Positions 43,528 to 53,472 of a DNA stretch of 64,000 bases are shown piece after piece. The stretch covers positions 2,117-66,116 of the forward strand of contig CAYFLK010000002.1 of NCBI GenBank assembly GCA_964344035.1, written 5' to 3'. Under the pieces are notes generated by a model. That model was not told the DNA's origin. It did no database searches and saw nothing but the letters and a program-made list of their open reading frames with translations. Made by a program: the position numbers and the translations under genes. The DNA is from an uncultured Pseudomonadota bacterium. Lineage in GTDB: Bacteria > SAR324 > NAC60-12. Every line of letters starts with the position of its first letter. The stretch's first letter is position 1.

Positions 43528-45444
43528 TCAGGAATTGCGCCAAATCTCGATGACTTCCTGATAGCGGCTTGCAATGAGAGTGGAGACGCCGGTTTGGTCC
43601 AGTTCACCGCGGATAAACTGTTCCCACGGTTCCCAGAAAATGCTGCGTCCGATGGCAAAACCGCAGGTGTGAGGAGTGGCGCGGGCGATGCGAAACCAAT
43701 CATGAAAATGTTCAATGGGGGCGTTTTTGCCAAGCAGGATCACCCCCACTTCCGGGTCATATTCGTCCATCACCCGGGTGACTGAGTTCCAACCTGCAGC
43801 GGAATCGGGGACGCTTATTTTCCACCAGAAAGGATACACTCCATTTTCATAGACCTCCCGGATGGATGACGCCATGGAATCGGCATCATCAGGAAAACCA
43901 TCCGGGGGAATCAGCTCAACCATCAGTTTACGTTCCAACTCATGACAAGTGTGTTCGAGATTGCGCAGAAATTCCAATTGATGAAACCGCGCTTCAGTGG
44001 CAAGTCCCGGATGAAACTGCCAGAGTACCTTGACAAACCACGAAGCTGGGCGTTTGAGCAGATGTTGGTAAAGAGATCCTCCGGCTATCCACTGAATGGG
44101 GAAGACCCCGGACTGCTCGATGGGCGCTCCGACTCTGAAATCCGCGTATGCGGACCGCTGCAGGATGTTTTTTCCGTAATCCGGGTCCACCAGCAGTGCG
44201 GGCATTCCCTGCCGGTTATTTTCCTGGACTTTCAGGAACCCATCATAAATTCTGTTTTTAAAAACTGTAATTCGGTCCAGTTCGACGTTGTGTTCCCTGC
44301 AGCTATTTTCAAACTGCAGACGGTGGTCGAAAGCCAGCACCAGCAATTCCCCATTCCGGGGTGTGCCCAACCCGGTACGCTGATGCAGTCTCCGCAGGCG
44401 GTGGTCTACGAAGATTTCGTGCTCCTCGTCAAACCTGCAGATCAGCATCTGAAGTTCCTCGAAAGACGCCATTGATGGCGAACAGCCATGCCGGGTGACA
44501 GTAAGCGCACCGTTAGCGTTTCCCCACAACGCGCAGGTTTCAAGCGGCTCCTGTCTCAGCCAGCCGCGGAGGAAACCACTCATGAACGCATCCCCGGCCC
44601 CGAGCACATTCAGCACTTCAATTTTGAAGGGCCGTGCCGACACCGGGGATGGTGAGGAGGACCGATAAACTTCGCAACCATCCGCTCCGCGTTTGATTAC
44701 CACTGTCGCGGAAGACAATTCCCTGATTGCCTCCAGGCTTGATTCGAGGGTCTGCCGCCCGCCGGCAATCATTACTTCTTCTTCTGTGCCCACGATCAGG
44801 TCCAGCATCGGCAGAAAAGGCTGCAACTGGCGGGTAACTTCCGCGGAGGCGACAAAACGAGATTCTCCATTCCCTACGTCCGTCAAACCCCAAAGCACCG
44901 GGCGGTAGTCGATATCCATGATCACAGCGCACCCGCATTTCTTGGCCAGATTGACTGCATGGAGGGTTGCTTCGCGCATGGGTGCAGTGGACAATCCCGT
45001 ACCTGTAATCAGCAGTGCCTTTGCCTTGCGAAACATCTCCGGGTCGGAATGTTCCGGCATTATCTGCATGTCGGCGCAGTTTTCACGGTAAAAAATCAGG
45101 GGGAAACGGTCCGGAGGACTGACCCCCAGCAGCACCAGCCCGGTCAGGTGGCGAGGTGTGGTCTGCAGCAGGGTGGTGTCCACTCCCTCCTTCCTCAGAT
45201 GTTTACGCAGAAAAATCCCCATGTCATCTGCCCCGACACAGGAAAACATTGCTGACTTCAGTCCCAGCCGGGAAGCGCCCACCGCCGTGTTTCCCGCGCA
45301 ACCTCCCAGGTACTTGCGGAAACTCTGCGCGTCTTCAAGCGGGCTGTGAATCTGTTCAGCATAGAAATCCACCGCTACGCGACCCATGCAGATCACGTCG
45401 ATTACGCGTTCAGAATCAAATGGACGGGAATTGTCACTCATCAA
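43528..45444 (-). CDS. iolC: 5-dehydro-2-deoxygluconokinase (PfkB fold) fused to a DUF2090-type 5-dehydro-2-deoxyphosphogluconate aldolase domain
   Basis: N-terminal PfkB kinase region (...GGCAGNTAVGASRLG..., NVLGAGDAFMSGF). A C-terminal extension of about 300 aa, as in proteobacterial bifunctional IolC. Length 638 aa. Confidence 0.85.
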   Translation of the reverse strand: MMSDNSRPFDSERVIDVICMGRVAVDFYAEQIHSPLEDAQSFRKYLGGCAGNTAVGASRLGLKSAMFSCVGADDMGIFLRKHLRKEGVDTTLLQTTPRHLTGLVLLGVSPPDRFPLIFYRENCADMQIMPEHSDPEMFRKAKALLITGTGLSTAPMREATLHAVNLAKKCGCAVIMDIDYRPVLWGLTDVGNGESRFVASAEVTRQLQPFLPMLDLIVGTEEEVMIAGGRQTLESSLEAIRELSSATVVIKRGADGCEVYRSSSPSPVSARPFKIEVLNVLGAGDAFMSGFLRGWLRQEPLETCALWGNANGALTVTRHGCSPSMASFEELQMLICRFDEEHEIFVDHRLRRLHQRTGLGTPRNGELLVLAFDHRLQFENSCREHNVELDRITVFKNRIYDGFLKVQENNRQGMPALLVDPDYGKNILQRSAYADFRVGAPIEQSGVFPIQWIAGGSLYQHLLKRPASWFVKVLWQFHPGLATEARFHQLEFLRNLEHTCHELERKLMVELIPPDGFPDDADSMASSIREVYENGVYPFWWKISVPDSAAGWNSVTRVMDEYDPEVGVILLGKNAPIEHFHDWFRIARATPHTCGFAIGRSIFWEPWEQFIRGELDQTGVSTLIASRYQEVIEIWRNS

Positions 45445-45548
45445 AAAAACTCTAACAAAATGAAAAACAGAAGAAGACCTCCAACCAAGTTGTTTTTAAC
45501 AATTATAGGTGTCATATCCTCCCGGTTGGGAAATTGGAAATGCGCATT

Positions 45549-46355
45549 CTAGTTTTTTACCGGGGAGGAATTTGCGGCGGATGACTCTGCCAGGTCGGTT
45601 TCCAGCTCCTGCAGTTCCTGACCGCCTGCCATCATGGTGAGGACTTCCTCGCGCGTTATTTCATTTTTGTAAAAGGTGCCCATGTTCTTCCCCCGGTTCA
45701 GCAGTGTGAATTTGTCTCCGATGGGATACGCATGGTGAACGTTGTGCGTAATCAGAATCACTGCAAGTCCCTGCGCGCGGGCCTTTGCAACAAAACGCAG
45801 CACGATAGAGGACTGTTTCACCCCCAGCGCCGCTGTCGGTTCATCGAGGATAAGGACCTTCGCTCCAAAATATATCGCACGCGCAATTGCCAGGCATTGA
45901 CGTTCGCCACCGGACATTGTACCCACTGCCTGGTGAGGATCCCGGACCTTGATCCCGATTTCCTCCATCCGTTCCTTGGCCACGCGATCGGCGAATTCTG
46001 TATCAAAAACTTTGAAGGGGCCGAAGCTTTTTTGCGGTTCCCGCCCCATGAAGAAGTTGCGGGTGACGCTCATCAAGGGAACCAGGGCCAAATCCTGATA
46101 AACAGTGGCAATGCCCTTGTCCAGCGCGTCCCGCGGGGAATAGAAGCTCAGGGTTTCTCCTTCCAGCAGCAGGGTCCCTTTGTCCGGCCGGTAGACCCCG
46201 GCCAGGGTTTTGATCAGGGTTGATTTTCCCGCGCCGTTGTCCCCCAGCAGGCACAGCACTTCTCCCGAATTGACTGAAGTGGTGATATCGTTGAGCGCAA
46301 TCACCGAGCCGAAATACTTGCTGATGTTTTGCAGTTCCACCGTGTTTCCAGACAT
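45549..46355 (-). CDS. Sugar/inositol ABC transporter ATP-binding protein
   Basis: Walker [10 protein letters not shown], signature MSGGERQ, and Walker B LILDEPT. The start overlaps the permease stop. Confidence 0.9.
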   Translation of the reverse strand: MSGNTVELQNISKYFGSVIALNDITTSVNSGEVLCLLGDNGAGKSTLIKTLAGVYRPDKGTLLLEGETLSFYSPRDALDKGIATVYQDLALVPLMSVTRNFFMGREPQKSFGPFKVFDTEFADRVAKERMEEIGIKVRDPHQAVGTMSGGERQCLAIARAIYFGAKVLILDEPTAALGVKQSSIVLRFVAKARAQGLAVILITHNVHHAYPIGDKFTLLNRGKNMGTFYKNEITREEVLTMMAGGQELQELETDLAESSAANSSPVKN

Positions 46356-47512
46356 CAGCGCGCCGCCGTCACTTTTTTACGGATATAGTTATTGAAAATC
46401 ACCGCAATGAGAAGCATTCCGCCAAGGAACACACGGAACCAGTCGGAGTTGATGCCGGTGAAGAAAATACCCATTTGCACCACGCCGAATATCAATGCGC
46501 CGAAACACGCCCCTACCACCGAACCGTACCCTCCGGTCAGCAGGGTCCCGCCGATGACAGCCGCGATGATCGCTTCAAACTCCTTGAGCAAACCGCGGTC
46601 CGCAGCGGCGGAGCCGAATTCCATCACCTGGCAGGAGGCGTAAATCGTTGCGCAGAAAGCGGTAAACATGAACAGCAGCACTTTCACCCGGTCTGCCGGC
46701 ACCCCAACGTTGCGGGCGGCCACCGAGTCTCCACCGGAAGCGAAAATCCAGTTTCCAAATTTGGTTTTCAACAGCACCCAGCTTGAGCATGCGGCCAGCA
46801 GCAGCCACCAGACAATCACCATCGGAATTCCCGGGACGATGGGAGAACCGTCCCGGAAGGTGTCGATCCAGCCCATCGAAGCAAGCCGGTTGAACAGCAT
46901 TTCCCCGATCTGGCCGCCAAAAACCGGGCCCAGCCAATCACCTCGTTCTTCCGCGATGTCGCGCACGCCGCCGATGATGGTGCGGTTGGTGAACAATACC
47001 GACAAGGCAATGGTCAGTCCGCGGAGAATGAAGAGAAAAGCGAGTGAAACGATGAACGATGGAAGCCCGGTCCTGACCACGATGGAACCGTTGATGAACC
47101 CGATCAGCAATGCCCCGGCGAATGCAAAGAGAATGGCGAGCCACACCGGCCAGCCCCAGTAAACGATGGGGATCGCAATCATCATGCCCGCAAAGCCGAT
47201 CATGGATCCAATAGAAAGATCGAATTCACCGGCAATCATCAGCAGACACGCTCCGACGGCTATGATGCCTAGCTGTGCTGAAACAGTGGTCCAGTTGAGA
47301 ATTCCGTCCGCGGCAAACATGCCGGTGTCTCCGGCAACAATCCCAAAGAAGATGAACACCAGCAGCGCGCCGGATACCGCACCGAGTTCCGGTTTGTTGA
47401 GCTGCCGACTGATGAAAGACACTTTCCGCAGCCGTTCATCCGCTGCCGCAGCAGGAATTTCTGGATTAACGGAAATTTGGCCTGGTTCAGGAGGAGAGGT
47501 TCCCATGCTCAT
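46355..47512 (-). CDS. Sugar/inositol ABC transporter permease (ribose/xylose BPD-2 type)
   Basis: Polytopic membrane protein with about 10 hydrophobic segments, lying between the SBP and ATPase genes. Confidence 0.85.
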   Translation of the reverse strand: MSMGTSPPEPGQISVNPEIPAAAADERLRKVSFISRQLNKPELGAVSGALLVFIFFGIVAGDTGMFAADGILNWTTVSAQLGIIAVGACLLMIAGEFDLSIGSMIGFAGMMIAIPIVYWGWPVWLAILFAFAGALLIGFINGSIVVRTGLPSFIVSLAFLFILRGLTIALSVLFTNRTIIGGVRDIAEERGDWLGPVFGGQIGEMLFNRLASMGWIDTFRDGSPIVPGIPMVIVWWLLLAACSSWVLLKTKFGNWIFASGGDSVAARNVGVPADRVKVLLFMFTAFCATIYASCQVMEFGSAAADRGLLKEFEAIIAAVIGGTLLTGGYGSVVGACFGALIFGVVQMGIFFTGINSDWFRVFLGGMLLIAVIFNNYIRKKVTAAR

Positions 47513-47613
47513 CTACCAGCCTAAAAGGCAGTCTCAGGGTGTGTTGTTACCGGATGTGAAAGCACAAGCCGCACCTTCCAGGATATTTCAGTTGATTTGA
47601 ATCGTCAATATGG

Positions 47614-47640
47614 TTGAGGGGCTCCATGATCAGCCCCTCA
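47614..47640 (-). terminator. 9-bp GC-rich hairpin after the binding-protein gene (attenuator / mRNA-stabilising stem; no U-tract)
   Basis: TGAGGGGCT-N9-AGCCCCTCA, in the 237-nt gap between the SBP and permease genes. Confidence 0.35.
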
Positions 47641-47749
47641 CGGTTCAGATGCGCCATTGTGAGCTTGCCGAAAACGGTGTTTTCCCACCGCTCTCATGCC
47701 GGGTCATCTGGCCGGGCATTTGCAAACAACAATCAATGACGTTTTTTTA

Positions 47750-48700
47750 TCAGCGGTATTCTCCCGCCAGTTTTTCCACCAGGGCGACATTTGCCTTGGT
47801 GACAAACCCCGGGCCGGAGTTGATGTTGTTGCCCGGAAGAACTCCGTAGCGGTTCAGCAGAGTCAGCACCATCACCGGAACATATCCCTGCAGGTAGGGT
47901 TGCTGATCGATGGCATAGCTGATTGTTCCACTCTTGATTCCCTTGGCGATTTCTCCGCTAAGGTCGAAAGTGCCGAAAAGGATCTGGCCGCTCAGCTTCA
48001 TTTTATCAAGCGCCCTCAGGGTGGGGTGCGCCGAAGTCGGACCAAGGGTTAAGATGGCGTCCGTGTTCGGATGTGCCCGCAGATAGGCTTTAACCTTGTT
48101 CTCCACTCCAGTCGGGTCCTGTCCGGAATCTATCATCTGGTCTCCCAAGGGTACGCCGAGTGCATCGGCAAAACCCTGGCAGCGTTCAACGGATGCGGGA
48201 TTGGTGATGTAATGGTTGACACACAGGAAGCTTTTCGCCCCAGCCGCCTTTGCTCGGTTGCCGGCGCCGAAACCAGCATCATATTCGGGCTGCCCGACGT
48301 ACATCAGCATCCCCAGTTTAGCCGCCTGCGCGGGGGTCCCGGAATTGATCGCGATGACAGGAATGCCTTTCTTGACCGCCTTTGTAATCGGGCCTTTCAG
48401 CACATCGTAATCAGCGATGGTGGATATGATGCCGTTCGGATTGGACGCGGCAGCCTGTTCGATGATGCGTGCCATGTCTGCAAGATCACCGGTCGGCGGG
48501 TTACGGTACTCGACGGTTACGTTCAGATGCTGGCCCGCGTCGCGGATCGCATTCTTGATGGTGTTCCACCACGAATCCGAATCCGGAGCGTGACTGACCA
48601 ACACAAAACGTTCGCCCGCTGCCTGGGCGCTCCCAGCAATCAGGGTTAAACCTAATGCAATGGCGATTGCACCGACTGTTTTCTTCACGTACTTCAACAT
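47750..48700 (-). CDS. Periplasmic sugar/inositol-binding protein (type I PBP)
   Basis: Signal peptide ...AIAIALGLTLIAGSAQA. Peripla_BP-type fold pattern. First gene of the minus-strand iol/ABC operon. Confidence 0.85.
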   Translation of the reverse strand: MLKYVKKTVGAIAIALGLTLIAGSAQAAGERFVLVSHAPDSDSWWNTIKNAIRDAGQHLNVTVEYRNPPTGDLADMARIIEQAAASNPNGIISTIADYDVLKGPITKAVKKGIPVIAINSGTPAQAAKLGMLMYVGQPEYDAGFGAGNRAKAAGAKSFLCVNHYITNPASVERCQGFADALGVPLGDQMIDSGQDPTGVENKVKAYLRAHPNTDAILTLGPTSAHPTLRALDKMKLSGQILFGTFDLSGEIAKGIKSGTISYAIDQQPYLQGYVPVMVLTLLNRYGVLPGNNINSGPGFVTKANVALVEKLAGEYR

Positions 48701-48789
48701 ACTTCCTCCTATATTGGATTATGCTGTTTCGGAAACCGCAGGGTTCCCAGATGCATGGATTGAAAACCGTGACATTTCCAACCATGGAC

Positions 48790-48811
48790 ATTTGGAATAA
48801 ATTTTCCAAAT
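48790..48811. promoter_or_regulatory. Perfect inverted repeat ATTTGGAA-TAAATT-TTCCAAAT in the divergent SBP/regulator promoter region; candidate operator
   Basis: The 8-bp arms are perfectly complementary. Related half-sites ACATTTCCAA (about 48772) and ACATTTATGGAA (about 48816) flank it. Confidence 0.4.
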
Positions 48812-48995
48812 CTTCACATTTATGGAATATAATGCTACAAGATGATTGTAAAGTTTTTTTTCAGAGGAAGCATATTTTTTGTTTCCGGCTAATATTCACC
48901 TCGTCGAATTGTGTCCCGACCGCAGTCGGTTTGTCCCTCAAAGATACCAGAAAATGGATGCTGCACGCCGGGTTGCGTGATGGAAAGGAGATTTA

Positions 48996-49817
48996 GTGAA
49001 GACCTTTGAAGACCTGCGCAATGAAATGTCTTCCCGGCATTTTTCTTTAAGCCCGCGTCTGAAACAGCTGACACGTTTCGCAATCGGGCATCCGAACGAA
49101 ATGGCGCTGGAGACAATTTCAGAAATAGCCCGGCAGGCACAAGCGCCTCCTTCCAGTTTGATCCGCCTGGCAAAGACTTTCGGGTTTTCGGGTTTCAGTG
49201 AAATGCAGAAGGTCTTCCGCCAGGGCCTGGTGGAGTCAATGAGCGACTACCGCGAACGGGTCAGGGTGCTGGATCAGCGATTGCTGGAAGAAGGAGGCAA
49301 CCCAGGGCAGTCGAACCTGGAATTATTCATCGAGGGAGGAATTGAAGCGTTGAACCATCTCCGTCATTCAGTCAAGGAAAAACAGGTAGAGGAAGCGGCA
49401 GGCATGCTGGCCGCTGCGAGGATTGTTCACATCGCCGCACAGCGGCGCTCCTTTCCCGTCGCGGCATACCTTGCATACGCTTTCAGCCACTTGGGCAAAC
49501 CATATGTATTGATGGACAGTGTGGGGGGAATGCTCGCCGAACAGGGCAAGAGCATGGATTCCGGAGACGCGCTGGTCGCAGTCAGTTTTCCACCTTATTC
49601 CGCGGAAGTGCTGAAACTGGTAGCAGACGCTCAGGACAGAAAGATCCCTGTGCTGGCTATCACCGATAACCTGCTCAGCCCGCTGGTTTCTTATTCGAGC
49701 ATGCACATGGAGGTGGGAGAAACAGAAGTTCTGAGTTTCCGCGGATTATCGCTGACCGCGTTGATGTGCCTTTCTCTCTGCCTGGTTGTCGAGCTGGGGC
49801 TTCAGATGAAAAGTTGA
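48996..49817 (+). CDS. RpiR/MurR-family transcriptional regulator (HTH_6 + SIS), probable iol regulator
   Basis: HTH segment LSPRLKQLTRFAIGHPNEMALETISEIARQAQAPPSSLIRLAKTFGFSGFSEM, followed by a SIS domain. GTG start. Confidence 0.85.
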   Translation: MKTFEDLRNEMSSRHFSLSPRLKQLTRFAIGHPNEMALETISEIARQAQAPPSSLIRLAKTFGFSGFSEMQKVFRQGLVESMSDYRERVRVLDQRLLEEGGNPGQSNLELFIEGGIEALNHLRHSVKEKQVEEAAGMLAAARIVHIAAQRRSFPVAAYLAYAFSHLGKPYVLMDSVGGMLAEQGKSMDSGDALVAVSFPPYSAEVLKLVADAQDRKIPVLAITDNLLSPLVSYSSMHMEVGETEVLSFRGLSLTALMCLSLCLVVELGLQMKS

Positions 49818-50080
49818 GTTTTTTTGGAATGAGTTGCCTGCTTTAAAGTGATTAAGGTTGTTGTCTCCTGCTAAACAGGGGCTGCCTTCAAAACTGATTC
49901 ATTCGTGATTCAGTCATGATATAACGCAATGACAAAATGCATTCCCCCGGGTTTTCCGGTTTGAAATTAAAAAGCGGCGGTTATTGAATTAGGTCGTTAA
50001 TGAAATTATTAGCCTTTTAAAATTATATTTTTGTACAAAATGTCGAAAACTAATCGTAGTCGAAATCGAAATTTGAATTC

Positions 50081-50116
50081 GATCCCGATAGTGATCCCGA
50101 TAGCGATCTCGATCGT
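50081..50116. repeat. Three tandem 12-mers (GATCCCGATAGT GATCCCGATAGC GATCTCGATCGT), preceded by TCGAAA iterations
   Basis: Read directly from the sequence. It lies 79 nt upstream of the iolD ATG. Confidence 0.7.
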
Positions 50117-50194
50117 ATTGGGTTCGGGCATGTCCCGGAGGGCGAAGCCGGCGTTCGGGTATTCGTCCATTGAATTATCATCATGGAGACACTT

Positions 50195-52039
50195 ATGAAA
50201 ACTATCCGACTGACCATGGCCCAGGCGCTTGTACGCTACCTTGCGAACCAACGCATAGTTATTGAAGGAAAGGAAGAAGCCCTGTTCCCGGGTGTTTTCG
50301 CAATTTTCGGGCACGGCAATGTCACCTGCCTGGGTGAGGCGCTGGAATCGGTAAAAGAGATCTTGCCCACATGGCGCGGGCAGAACGAGCAGTCAATGGC
50401 GCTGGCCGGCGTGGCCTATGCGAAGGCCAAGCGGAGACGTCAGATCATGGTCGCGACAAGTTCCATCGGCCCCGGCTGCACCAATCTGCTCACTGCCGCT
50501 GCCACCGCCCACTCGAACAGGCTGCCGATTCTGCTGCTTTCCGGAGACACTTTCAGCAGCCGCCTGCCCGATCCGGTGCTGCAGCAGGTGGAAAATTTTC
50601 ACAATCCGGGTATGACCGTGAGCGACGCGTTTCAGGCATGCACGCGCTACTGGGACCGCATAACCCGTCCGGAGCAGCTGATCTCTTCCCTGCCCCAGGC
50701 GGTGGCGACGATGCTTGACCCGGCAGAATGCGGTCCGGCGTTCATCAGCCTGCCCCAGGACATCCAGGCGGAGGCATTCGAATATCCACTCGTGTTCTTT
50801 GAAAAAACCGTGCACCGCATCCCGAGACCGCGACCCGACGAGGACAGCATCGCAGAAGCCGCGCGTATTCTTCGCCGGGCAAACAAGCCTCTAATAGTCT
50901 CCGGGGGCGGAGTTTTATATTCCGGCGCTGAAGCCAAACTGACCGACTTCGCGGAAGTTCACAACATCCCTGTAGTGGAAACGATTGCCGGAAGGGGGAT
51001 GATGCTTCACCATCACCCGCGCAACGCCGGGCCGCTCGGAGTGATCGGCTCCAGTTCAGCGAATGCTCTCGCCGCGGAAGCGGACGTGGTGCTCGCCGTA
51101 GGCACCAGGCTGCAGGATTTTACCACCGGTTCCTGGTCTGTTTTCGGCAACGAGAAGATGCGGTTGATCACACTGAATGCCGCGCGCTACGACGCGAACA
51201 AACACCGCGCGCATTCGGTGGTAGGAGACGCTCTCGTTGGAATTGGGGAACTTGACGCCCTGCTTGCGGATTGGAGAGCACCCGATGCCTGGACCTCCAG
51301 GGCGCAGTCTCTTTATGCCGAGTGGAACCGAACGATTGAAGAGCATTCCGGAGCGACCGACTCCGTACCGCCGAGCTACGCGCACGTGGTGGGTGCGGTC
51401 AACCGCGTGTGTGATGAGACCGATTTGGCGCTGACCGCCGCGGGCGGCTTTCCCGGTGAACTCTGCAAAAACTGGAAAATCAAATCGGTCGGCACTTTCG
51501 ACTGCGAATTTGGCTATTCCTGCATGGGTTATGAAATCGCCGGAGGCTGGGGTGCGAAAATGGCTGACCCGTCGCGAGATGTGATCGTCTTTGCGGGAGA
51601 TGGGTCATACCTGATGATGAACAGTGACATCTACAGTTCCGTGCTGACAGGGCACAAACTGATCGTGATCGTCTGTGACAATGGCGGGTTCGGAGTCATC
51701 AACCGCCTGCAGAATTTTAAAGGGGGTGCGTCCTTCAACAACCTGATCGAAGACTCGAAAGTGGAGCGGGTTCAGTACGTCGATTTTGTGCAGCATGCCC
51801 GCAGCATGGGCGCCCTGGGCGAACAGGTGGGAAGCATTTCCGAATTCGAACAGGCCTTCAAACGCGCCAAGGCCGCCGAAAACACGTACCTGATTTCAAT
51901 CCGTGTACAGCAGCACCAGTGGACACCGGGAGACGCCTGGTGGGATGTCGGGGTTCCGGAAGTCAGCGAACGGGAAGAGGTGCGCCGGGCACGCGCGGAT
52001 CATTCCGAGGGTCAAAAGAATCAACGGGTTGGGGTCTGA
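50195..52039 (+). CDS. iolD: 3D-(3,5/4)-trihydroxycyclohexane-1,2-dione acylhydrolase (ThDP enzyme)
   Basis: Begins MKTIRLTMAQALVRYL, the typical IolD N-terminus. ThDP motif GDGSYLMMNSD...VCDNGGFG. An alternative ATG is at 50183. Confidence 0.9.
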   Translation: MKTIRLTMAQALVRYLANQRIVIEGKEEALFPGVFAIFGHGNVTCLGEALESVKEILPTWRGQNEQSMALAGVAYAKAKRRRQIMVATSSIGPGCTNLLTAAATAHSNRLPILLLSGDTFSSRLPDPVLQQVENFHNPGMTVSDAFQACTRYWDRITRPEQLISSLPQAVATMLDPAECGPAFISLPQDIQAEAFEYPLVFFEKTVHRIPRPRPDEDSIAEAARILRRANKPLIVSGGGVLYSGAEAKLTDFAEVHNIPVVETIAGRGMMLHHHPRNAGPLGVIGSSSANALAAEADVVLAVGTRLQDFTTGSWSVFGNEKMRLITLNAARYDANKHRAHSVVGDALVGIGELDALLADWRAPDAWTSRAQSLYAEWNRTIEEHSGATDSVPPSYAHVVGAVNRVCDETDLALTAAGGFPGELCKNWKIKSVGTFDCEFGYSCMGYEIAGGWGAKMADPSRDVIVFAGDGSYLMMNSDIYSSVLTGHKLIVIVCDNGGFGVINRLQNFKGGASFNNLIEDSKVERVQYVDFVQHARSMGALGEQVGSISEFEQAFKRAKAAENTYLISIRVQQHQWTPGDAWWDVGVPEVSEREEVRRARADHSEGQKNQRVGV

Positions 52040-52223
52040 ACCGGAAGTTTGCAAAGAAGCATCTAACGGGGCGTAAGCAACCGAGGCCGGGGGCAATCCA
52101 TGAATATTTTTTGGACTCGATGAACAGCATGGTAAAATAATACAAAACATGAAGAGAGAATACATGCTGATCCTCAGCCTGGTTTAATCAATCGGGATTA
52201 TCAAAATAATAAGGAGCTGGAAG

Positions 52224-53360
52224 ATGAAGACGATCGGAATCGGCATGGTCGGTTCAGGGTTTATGGGACGCTGTCATGCAAACGCATACAGTTCCGTCGC
52301 GGGAATTTTCGACATGCCTCTCAAACCGCGTTTGAAAATGCTCGCGGATGCAGAGCCGAAGCTGGCAGAAGAGTCAGCGCGGCGCCTTCGGTTTGAACGA
52401 TCAACCGCTGACTGGCGGAAAATGGTGGAGGACCCTGAAGTGGAGCTGGTGGACATCACGGCGCCGAACCACCTGCATTACCCCATCGCCATGGCTGCGA
52501 TTGAAAAAAGAAAACCGGTATACTGCGAGAAACCATTGGCCTGCACCACCACGGAGGCCCTGGAGATGCGCGACGCCGCGGAGTCCGCGGGATTAGCCAC
52601 CATGGTCGGCTTTAACTACCTGCAGAACCCCATGATACAGACCGCCCGGGAAATCCTGCGGAGCGGTGAAATCGGCGATCCGTTGGGGTTCAGGGGCGTT
52701 CATGCCGAAGATTTCATGGCCGCGGCAGAGGCGCCTTACACCACCCGTCTCGAAGAAAAACAGGGTGGAGGGGCGCTTTACGATCTCGGCAGCCACATCA
52801 TTTCAATGGCCCGGTTTCTGATTGGTCCGATCAGCAAGGTCATGGGGATGCAGCATACCGCATACCCTCAGCGTCCGGAAGCACAAGGCTCGCGGCTGAT
52901 GAAACAAGTAGGGGTCGATGACCAAACCCACTTTCTTGCGCGTTTCAAAAACGGATGCACGGGTACCATGGAAGCCAGCTGGATCGCCTGGGGGCGTAAA
53001 ATGCACCTGACCTTTGAACTCAACTGCAGCAGGGGCACGCTGGTTTTCAACCAGGAGCGGTTGAACGAACTGCGCCTCTATCAAGCAGGGGCGCAGCCTG
53101 GACGTGATGGTTTCAAAACCCTGGAATCCGGGCCGGATCACGGGGATTACGCCCGATTCTGTCCCGCACCCGGGCACCAGCTGGGCTTTAATGAACTGAA
53201 GGTGATTGAAGTTTCGAGGATGCTGAATGCGCTGGCGAGCAACGGGAAGTGCTGGCCCGACTTCCGCGAAGCCTGCGAAATCCAGAAGGTGCTGGAAGCC
53301 GTCAAACGGTCCTCTGCCGCATCACGGTGGTGTTCCCCGGATGAATTGGAAATTTCCTGA
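52224..53360 (+). CDS. iolG: Gfo/Idh/MocA-family oxidoreductase, probable inositol 2-dehydrogenase
   Basis: Rossmann motif IGIGMVGSGFMG and the EKP motif (YCEKPLA). The function is inferred from its position between iolD and iolE. Confidence 0.7.
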   Translation: MKTIGIGMVGSGFMGRCHANAYSSVAGIFDMPLKPRLKMLADAEPKLAEESARRLRFERSTADWRKMVEDPEVELVDITAPNHLHYPIAMAAIEKRKPVYCEKPLACTTTEALEMRDAAESAGLATMVGFNYLQNPMIQTAREILRSGEIGDPLGFRGVHAEDFMAAAEAPYTTRLEEKQGGGALYDLGSHIISMARFLIGPISKVMGMQHTAYPQRPEAQGSRLMKQVGVDDQTHFLARFKNGCTGTMEASWIAWGRKMHLTFELNCSRGTLVFNQERLNELRLYQAGAQPGRDGFKTLESGPDHGDYARFCPAPGHQLGFNELKVIEVSRMLNALASNGKCWPDFREACEIQKVLEAVKRSSAASRWCSPDELEIS

Positions 53361-53414
53361 TGCATGTATCAACCCGCAGGGCGCAACTCTACAATCGTTT
53401 AAAATTGTTTGAAT

Positions 53415-53444
53415 AAGTTGGGTTGCACTAAGCCAACCCAACTT
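53415..53444 (+). other. Perfect 11-bp stem / 8-nt loop hairpin between iolG and iolE
   Basis: AAGTTGGGTTG-cactaagc-CAACCCAACTT. No clear U-tract follows. Confidence 0.5.
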
Positions 53445-53472
53445 GCTCGTTTACCCGCACTGAGGATGTCTA

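Noticed and set aside
43942-44475. 177-aa plus-strand ORF
   Set aside because: It is antisense to the iolC/DUF2090 fusion gene.
45732-47162. Plus-strand ORFs of 83-164 aa across the ABC ATPase and permease genes
   Set aside because: They are antisense to genes with Walker/signature motifs or clear TM topology.
48071-48649. 192-aa plus-strand ORF
   Set aside because: It is antisense to the periplasmic binding-protein gene.
50009-50314. 101-aa minus-strand ORF spanning the 12-mer repeats
   Set aside because: It overlaps the iolD start. Its translation is dominated by repeat-derived IAIGITIGIE and FKFRFRLRL. It is probably kept open only by the repeat structure.
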